Shown: one piece after another, positions 55,651-64,000 of the stretch
How the letters are laid out: each line of letters opens with the position of its first letter
How positions within the stretch are numbered: position 1 is the stretch's first letter
Assembly: GCA_963693365.1 (NCBI GenBank)
Contig: CAVNZM010000006.1
Coordinates: forward strand, 7,047,264-7,111,263
DNA: 64,000 nt
Origin: Amoebidium appalachense
Taxonomy: Eukaryota > Protista > Ichthyosporea
Direction: 5' to 3'
Translations under genes and position numbers: made by a program
The notes under the pieces: generated by a model
Told to the model about the DNA's origin: nothing
Databases searched by the model: none
The model's input: the letters and a program-made list of their open reading frames with translations, nothing else

Positions 55651-56055
55651 ACAGTGCACCACGGGACTGCGTGAAGTGAAAATCTGCGCAAGGCAAGAAA
55701 CTTTCGTGACAGGAGACACAGTAGAGAACTGGGGTAGAGGTGAACAACTTTGGAAACAGGCACGCATAGACGTAGGCTAGCATACATCTTGGCACGCTTA
55801 AGGACGTGCGTGGCTGGCGAGGCAGGCACACGCAACAAACGACTGCGGCGGTGACTAGTGCAACAGGCATAGGGGCCTGAGAGACAGGGCAGGCACACGG
55901 GCAGAGACAGACACTTCGTGCACACAGCCAGGTGCGCAGGTGAGTGCACGAGCAGTGTGTGTACGTACTGGCGTGCTGGTTGTTGCTGTGGTTAGCAGGG
56001 CTGAGAGCCAAGGGCGGGCACTCACAGTGCATTACAGGCACACAGATAGGCCACG

Positions 56056-57177
56056 ATGAGTGAGAAGCTGACGTTCAACGACATATGCCACAGCACGCCC
56101 CTGCACCCGGCAAACGTACGTGCACGTACGCCCCTGCCTGCCCTCTCTCTCTGTTCACTGTTGCTGACTGCCTTTGCTGCAGAACCATGGCACCCTCAAG
56201 GTGGCACAGACCGGTATGGCGTGGCGGCACAACCAGGACAAGGAGAACATCTTCACCATTATGAAGGAGTGCGTGCTTGGGGTGTGGGGGAATGGGGGGG
56301 GGAGGGGGGTATGGGATGCTGACGTATGCACGCAGCAACCTGGCGTCAGCGCAGTGGCGCAAAGCAGCCAACGGCTACGAACTGAAGTGTCTGTGCAGAG
56401 ACAACAACTACTACAGGCTGGACGGCTTCGAAGAGCAGGTGCGCACAGAACATAGAAGGGGGTGGAAGTCGGGTGGGGTTGCACATTGCAAGCTGAACGA
56501 GCGCATGTTTCGGGGTAGGATGATAGGGTTTTACTATTCGGACAAGGTGTGGATGAGGCACAAGGGGAGGAAGATTGAATACAAAGGTAGCTCCAATTCT
56601 AGTGAGAAGCAAGGCTGGGGTTGGTTAAAGGGTTGGGTGAGGGGTAGGGTTTAAGGAGTGGGTAGCCAGAACTATCTTCCTGTGCACATACACGAACAGG
56701 TGCACCTGGTCAAACATATATGCAAGCGGGTGTGCACATGTGTGCGTGCGCGTGCACACACACACACACACACACACATTCATGGCATGCTCGTGACTCC
56801 GCAAACACACACACACACTCACACACACAAGCACACGCACACTCACACACACACACTCACACACACACACACATCGACACACGCGCTTGCACACACACAC
56901 GCATACACACACACACACACGTGCACACACACACACACACACACACGCGCGCGCGCACAGGCACACACACACAGGCACACACCCACAGACAGACAGGCAC
57001 ACAGGCACATGCACACAAGCAAACACACACACACACTCAGACACACAAGCACACACACACTCTCTCACACGCACACACAGACACCCGCGCATGCACACAC
57101 TCACACACACACCCGCATACACACACGCACGCACACACACACAGGCACACACACACACACACACACACACAAAACAG

Positions 57178-57228
<51 letters not shown>

Positions 57229-59816
57229 CGCACATGCACTTTCTCACATGTATGTCTCAGGACCTGGGGACGCTGCAAAGGTTCTTCAAAAAGAACTACG
57301 ACGTCGACATTGGGGTTGTGGAGCAGGCCATCAAGGGGTTCAACTGGGGGGACCTGGAGGTTAAGGGCAACTTTGTGTCGTTTCTGGTGGACGGCAAGGT
57401 GGCCTTTGATGTGCCCATTAGTGAGGTCACACAGAGCTCCCTCAGTTCCAACAAGATGGAGGTGGCTGTGGAGTTTCAGCAGCCGCACGACAAGCCCGTA
57501 TGTGCAAACACGGGGGGGGAGGGGAGGGGGGGAAGGGAGGGAGGGAGGGGGGGGGAAGGGGAGGAAACGGGGCAGGGGGGGGGGGAGGGGGGGGGGGATG
57601 GAGGAGGGGGGAGAGGGAGGGGGGAGGAGAGCATGGTTGCTGAGTGGTGGTGTGCAGGGCAAGCACGAGATGCTTTATGAGATGCGATTCTTCTTCACCA
57701 AGGACCAGGAGAAGGAGGCTGCGGGGGAGGAGGATGAGGAGGGGGGGCTGCAGCTGTGGAGACACGGGCACAGGTGAGTGGAGGGTGGTGGCGGTGCGGG
57801 GGAGCAGGGGGGGGGGGGGGGGGGGGGGGGCACGTGTATGAAAGGGGGTCCAGGGACAGGTGGGCATGTGTGTGTGTGTGTGGGGGGGGGGGGGGAGGGG
57901 GGGGGGGAGAGAGGGAAGGCACGTGTTCTGGGGAGGGGGAGGGGGGGGGGGGAGGGGAGCGCACACATGCAGGAGGGACCTTAAGGCGACATGGACACGG
58001 GGAGGGGGGTGTCAGGAGATGCATATGACGGTGAGTGAAGGTGGGAGCGGTGGCGATGGGGTTGGCCCCCGGGGGGGGGAGGGGGGGGGGGGTAGACTGT
58101 AGGGATACAGGGGCAGAGAAGTCCTGGACAGTTGTGGTGGTGAAAGGGGGGGGCTGCATACAACACGGGTGGCAGGTGGGGGCAGTGGGGGCACAGGGTG
58201 TGTGCGGTGGGTCTAATCTCGGTACTGCAGCGGTTCCAAAAGCGGCTGTCTGAGCGCACAGACAAGAGCAGATTCAGCGGCGACTCGGTGGCCACATTCC
58301 CGGAGTTCCTCTTCCTCACCCCCAGGTAACTGCTGTGCCCTGTATTCCCCACTGTGCCGTGTATTCTCCACTGTGCCGTGTATTCTCCACTGTGCCCTGT
58401 ATTCCCCACTGTGCCCTGTATTCTCCACTGTGCCCTGTATTCCCCACTGTGCCCTGTATTCTCCACTGTGCCCTGTATTCTCCACTGTGCCCTGTATTCC
58501 CCACTGTGCCCTGTATTCCCCACTGTGCCCTGTATTCTCCACTGTGCCCTGTATTCTCCACTGTGCCCTGTATTCCCCACTGTGCCCTGTATTCTCCACT
58601 GTGCCCTGTATTCCCCACTGTGTCCTGTATTCCCCACTGTGCCCTGTATTCTCCACTGTGCCCTGTATTCTCCACTGTGCCCCGTATTCACCATCTACTG
58701 ACACACCCACAGAGGCAAGTACCAGCTGGAGTTCTTCCCCAAGTTTGTCAAGCTGCATGGGCCCACCCACAACTACAACGTTATGTACCAGCAGGTCCAG
58801 CGCATCTTCCTGCTGCCAAAGCCGGATGGCTTCTTCTATGCCATGGCCGTACGTGCACACAAAAGAAAAGGGGTGTTGGCTAATGATGGGGTGCTGACAC
58901 GGGGGTGTGTGCACAGCTGCAACTGGACCCGCCCGTGCGGCAGGGCCAGACCATGTACCCGTTTCTGATCGTACAGATCCCAAAGGACGAGGAGATCGAT
59001 CTGGAGTACAACATGACCCCGTACGTGTGTGTGTGGGGCGAGGGGAGGGGCGGGTGGGCGGGTGCGGGGGAGGGGGGGGGGGGGGGAGGGCAGAGAGAGG
59101 GGGGGGGGGGGGGGGGGGACCTTACATCTAGGGAAGGGGGATATTTAATTTGGTGGATGTGGTGTGCGTTAAACGAGCCGGGTGCATGCGGGTTGATATA
59201 GTAGTCGAGGGAAATACCCCCCCACCTCCCACCTCCCCCCCCCTCCCCCCCCCCCCACCTCGCCACCTTTTTAAGGGTGGGGGGGAGGGGAAGGGGGGGG
59301 GGGGGGGAAGACATGTGAGTCAGTGGGAAGGGGGGCTTTTGGGGAAGGGGGGAGGGGAGGGGGAGGGGGGCGCATGTGGGACATTAAAGTGGGGGGAGGG
59401 AAGGGGGCGGATGCATGTGGGGCAGTAAAGAAGGTTGGGGGGGTACACCAAATGAGCCAGTAAGGGGCAGAGGGGTAGAGTGGGAGAGAGGGAGCGGTAG
59501 AAGCAGGGGAAGGGGGAAGGGCAGGGGGGGGGGGGGAGGGGGGGGTTAGATGCGTTGGGTAATTTGGGATTGGAGCAGTAGCATCTGAGGTATGCGTGGA
59601 GATGAGAGGTGTGACACGTGGGTGCCTGGTGGGTGGGTGTTGACATGTGGGTGCAGGGAACAGCGGGAGGGCAAGTTTGAGGGCCGACTGACCGATGACA
59701 TGGTGAAGGGCCTGACCATACAGGCACTGCCAAAGCTACTAAAGGCACTAACAGGGAGGAAGGTCGTGCTGCCTGGTGACTTCAAAGCGTACGTGGAGGG
59801 GGGGGGGGGGGCGGGG

Positions 59817-59857
<41 letters not shown>

Positions 59858-59981
59858 CATAAGCTGAGCGGAGGGGATGCAGGGTGGATGAGAGCAAGTG
59901 TGTCAAGTGTGCTTACAAGACATCACATGGGTTCCTGTACCCCCTGGATAGTGGGCTGCTGTTTATCCACAAGGTGGGTGC

Positions 59982-60029
<48 letters not shown>

Positions 60030-61812
60030 TGTGAATGTGTGTCCTTGCGGTGTGTGTGTGTGTGTGTGAATGTGTGTCCTTGCGGTGTGTGTGTGTTCGT
60101 GTATGTGCGTGTGTGTATGTGCGTGTGTGTGTTTATGTTTGTGTGTGTGCTCGTGTGCGGGCGTGTGCATGAGTGTGTGTGTGCGCGCGTGTGTGTGTCC
60201 TTGTGCGTGCCCACACGTGTGTATATGTGTAATAGTATATGCTCCTGTGCTGTGAATGGGAGTGTTGTGGGCATTTGTGTGTATGTGGGTGCTTGGTGCT
60301 GGCGGGTGGCGTGTGTGCTTGTGGGGTGTTGTGTATGGCTGGGCATGCCACAGGTTGTGCTGTGCACATGAGCAGGGGGTGGGTGGGTAGGTGTTGTTGG
60401 CGTGGTTTGGTGGCAGCAAGTGGCGGAGCTTGTGCAACAGTTAGAGGGTGTGCGTGTGCATGCATGTGACCGTGGTTGGATGAGGCCGTGTGGGTGTGTG
60501 CGCGTGCATGCATGGGTGTGTGCACGTGCATGCATGTGTGTGCACGTGCATGCATGGGTGTGTGCACGTGCATGCATGTGTGTGCCTGTGCATGCATGGG
60601 TGTGTGCACGTGCATGCATGTGTGTGCACGTGCATGCATGTGTGCGTGCACGTGCATGCATGCATGTGTGCGTGCACGTGGCACACACACATGCACGCGG
60701 CTGCATGTGTGTGCATGTGCCCCCATACTGACATCACACTGCAGCCAGCTATCTATGTGCGCTACCAGGAGATCATCCTAGCCACCTTCGACCGCCAGGC
60801 TGGCTCCGGCATGCGGTCCTTTGAGCTCATCGTCAGTACAAAGAACAACAAGTACTCATTTGCTAACATCAGAAGGTAAATATAGATAAAAATATATATA
60901 TACAAATACATCAGAAGGTAAATATAAATATATATACAAGTACATCAGAAGGTAAATGTATATATATATATATACACAATTATAGCTTTGCTAACATCAG
61001 AAGGTAAACATATATAAACATATATATACGAGTATAGCTTTGCTAACATCAGGAGGTAAATATACATATACAGGTACAGCTGTACTAACATCAGAAGGTA
61101 AATATACATATACAGGTACAGCTGTGCTAACATCAGAAGGTAAATGTACATATACAGGGGACAGCTGTGCTAACATCAGAAGGTAAATATATATATACAG
61201 GTACAGCTTTGCCAACATCAGAAGGTAAATATATATATACAAGTACAGCTGTGCTAACATCAGAAGGTATATGGAACAATAACAAGGATATAAGGTAATA
61301 AAAAGGACGGCTTTGCACACATCAGAATTAAAAGGGAGAATAAAACGATAGAAGTGAAATGGAAAAGAAAAGTGAAAGTTACGTTAGATGCTAGAAGATG
61401 ATTACTTTCTTTGATATATCGATAGTAAAAGACAGAACATTGCGTACCGCTTTGCAAACACCATGCTGACTGGTGGGGTTGCAGAGAGGAGTACCCCGGG
61501 CTGATCGATAAATTCAACGCAAAAGACGTCAAGTGTGAAGAGACGGAGCCGGTACGTGCACTGGAAAGGGGGGGGGGGGGGGGGGGGGGGAGGGTGGATC
61601 AGTACTAACATTAGGCCAGCAGCAGGGCAGCTACAACTTCAGTATGCAGGCAGGCAACGACCACGACGGTTACCTCAACAGGGTGCAGGCAGAGGGGGAT
61701 GATGATGAATCGGGTACGTGTGTGTGTATGGGTGGGTGTGGGTGGGTGGGTGGGTGGGTGTGCGTGTGTTTTGGATCGTACGTGCGTGTGTGTGTGTGTG
61801 CGTGTGTGCGTG

Positions 61813-61853
<41 letters not shown>

Positions 61854-61891
61854 ATGGTGTGGGTGTGGGTGTGGGTGTTGTGTGTGTGTGT

Positions 61892-61927
<36 letters not shown>

Positions 61928-62237
61928 GTATGTGTGTGTGCATGCATGGTTTTTGAAGGGGGGAAGAGGAGGGGGGGGGGGGGGGGGGGGTGCTGGTTTG
62001 TGCTGACGGTTGTTGGGGAGCAGAGGATGATGAGGACTTCAAGCCAGTCAGCGAGTCAGATGTGGAGGAAGAGTGGGTGCCCCATGCACGTGCACACAGG
62101 GCTAGGAACAAATGCGTTCATAGACACGGACACACCTGCAGCAAGGAGCATGCGCTGCCACTGGCATTATTTGTTTGAAAGTGCACATCACGTGCTTGAG
62201 TCTTACGAGTGCTGTGCACATGAAGGTTGCAGGCAGT

Positions 62238-62322
<85 letters not shown>

Positions 62323-62537
62323 CACATGCACATGCACATGCACACACATGCACAGGCATGCACATAAAAGCACACACCCCACCGATCATCACGCACAACC
62401 CACATGCACACCTCTTGCACGTGCAACATGTCTCCTCCCCCGTGGCTGCCCGTGGCTGACCGGTTGGGTGCAGGTACGACTCTGAGGCCGGTGGGGACTC
62501 GAGTGGCAGTGAGAAGGAGGGCGGGGACGACGCAGAG
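56056..62537 (+). CDS. SSRP1: FACT complex subunit SSRP1/Pob3, multi-exon, 3' end beyond the window
   Basis: [102 protein letters not shown] and the acidic tail [15 protein letters not shown]. One apparent G-run frameshift at ~57745. Confidence 0.96.
58333..58690. repeat. 19-bp intronic minisatellite, ~19 copies
   Basis: Array of ctgtgccctgtattc(c/t)cca. Confidence 0.95.
60858..61270 (+). repeat. ~42-bp tandem repeat made of the SSRP1 exon end plus 5' splice site, ~10 copies
   Basis: (gcta)acatcagaag|gta recurs at ~60862, 60906, 60940, 60990, 61042, 61083, 61126, 61169, 61211 and 61254. Confidence 0.9.
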
Positions 62538-62634
62538 GTGGGCATTGCGTGTGCACGTGGATTGGGTTTGCGAGTGTGTATGTGTGTGTGTTTGTGCGCG
62601 GGTGTACGGCTATGCCTGCCATTTGCCAATGGGT

Positions 62635-64000
62635 GTGTGTGTGATGCATGTGTGTGCGTGTGTGTCCGCTATTGCATGATGCATGCCTGCATGTGTGTGC
62701 GTGTGTGTCCGCTATTGCATGATGCATGCCTGCATGTGTGTGCGTGTGTGTCCGCTATTGCATGATGCATGCCTGCATGTGTGTGCGTGTGTGTCCGCTA
62801 TTGCATGATGCATGCCTGCATGTGTGTGCGTGTGTGTCCGCTATTGCATGATGCATGCCTGCGTGTGTGTGCGTGTGTGTCCGCTACTGCATGATGCATG
62901 CCTGCATGTGTGCCAGGGTCTGGTATTGCATGATGCATGCCTGCATGTGTGTGCGTGTGTGTCCGCTATTGCATGATGCATGCCTGCATGTGTGTGCGTG
63001 TGTGTCCGCTATTGCATGATGCATGCCTGCATGTGTGTGCGTGTGTGTCCGCTATTGCATGATGCATGCCTGCATGTGTGTGCGTGTGTGTCCGCTATTG
63101 CATGATGCATGCCTGCGTGTGTGTGCGTGTGTGTCCGCTACTGCATGATGCATGCCTGCATGTGTGCCAGGGTCTGGTATTGCATGATGCATGCCTGCAT
63201 GTGTGTGCGTGTGTGTCCGCTATTGCATGATGCATGCCTGCGTGTGTGTGCGTGTGTGTCCGCTACTGCATGATGCATGCCTGCATGTGTGCCAGGGTCT
63301 GGTATTGCATGATGCATGCCTGCATGTGTGTGCGTGTGTGTCCGCTATTGCATGATGCATGCCTGCGTGTGTGTGCGTGTGTGTCCGCTACTGCATGATG
63401 CATGCCTGCATGTGTGCCAGGGTCTGGTATTGCATGATGCATGCCTGCATGTGTGTGCGTGTGTGTCCGCTATTGCATGATGCATGCCTGCATGTGTGTG
63501 CGTGTGTGTCCGCTATTGCATGATGCATGCCTGCATGTGTGTGCGTGTGTGTCCGCTATTGCATGATGCATGCCTGCATGTGTGTGCGTGTGTGTCCGCT
63601 ATTGCATGATGCATGCCTGCATGTGTGTGCGTGTGTGTCCGCTATTGCATGATGCATGCCTGCATGTGTGTGCGTGTGTGTCCGCTATTGCATGATTCAT
63701 GCCTGCATGTGTGTGCGTGTGTGTCCGCTACTGCACGATGCATGCCTGCATGTGTGTGCGTGTGTGTCCGCTACTGCACGATGCATGCCTGCATGTGTGT
63801 GCGTGTGTGTCCGCTACTGCACGATGCATGCCTGCATGTGTGTGCGTGTGTGTCCGCTACTGCACGATGCATGCCTGCATGTGTGCCAGGGTCTGGTATT
63901 GCATGATGCATGCCTGCATGTGTGCCAGGGTCTGCTCTTGCATGATGGATGCCTGCATGTGTGCCAGGGTCTGCTCTTGCATGATGCATGCCTGCATGTG
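62635..64000. repeat. 43-bp minisatellite with interspersed 39-bp variant units, running to the window end
   Basis: Main unit gcatgatgcatgcctgcatgtgtgtgcgtgtgtgtccgctatt; variant ends ...gtgtgccagggtctggtatt. Confidence 0.95.

Noticed and set aside
58333-58690. Regular short repeats (also 12515-13531, 45049-45360, 60858-61270) as CRISPR-like arrays
   Set aside because: The units are contiguous without unique spacers, lie in eukaryotic introns or repeats, and no cas genes are present.

Overview
This is eukaryotic genomic DNA, most likely from an intron-rich unicellular holozoan. That assignment is inferred from a myristoylated SH3-SH2-tyrosine kinase occurring alongside short introns that have a strong CTRAC branch point, almost no polypyrimidine tract and long G/GT runs. 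An ichthyosporean is plausible but not provable here. Positions 1-20 kb are repeat- and transposon-rich: the gag ORF of a DIRS/PAT-type retrotransposon running off the left edge, a complete 2.7-kb non-autonomous LTR element (607-bp LTRs, AGCAG TSD, no canonical TGG primer-binding site), a possible 9-kb TIR element, a 183-bp satellite and a PIF/Harbinger MITE. Positions 20-64 kb hold host genes reconstructed exon by exon: a Ca-binding mitochondrial ATP-Mg/Pi carrier (SCaMC), an AMPK/MARK-related kinase, a Src-family kinase without the C-terminal inhibitory Tyr, an intronless CBS protein, a SMYD methyltransferase, AUH, a small membrane protein and SSRP1 (partial). The most notable feature is a ~3.2-kb ISL2EU-type (PIF/Harbinger-ISL2EU) DNA transposon at 48440-51684. 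It carries an internally deleted THAP-DDE_Tnp_4 transposase. Convergent to it is an accessory gene in which an Exonuclease-1 (XPG/FEN1-family) nuclease is fused to the ISL2EU-type SWIM module, with no YqaJ/lambda-exonuclease visible. Most entries in the ORF track are microsatellite artefacts.
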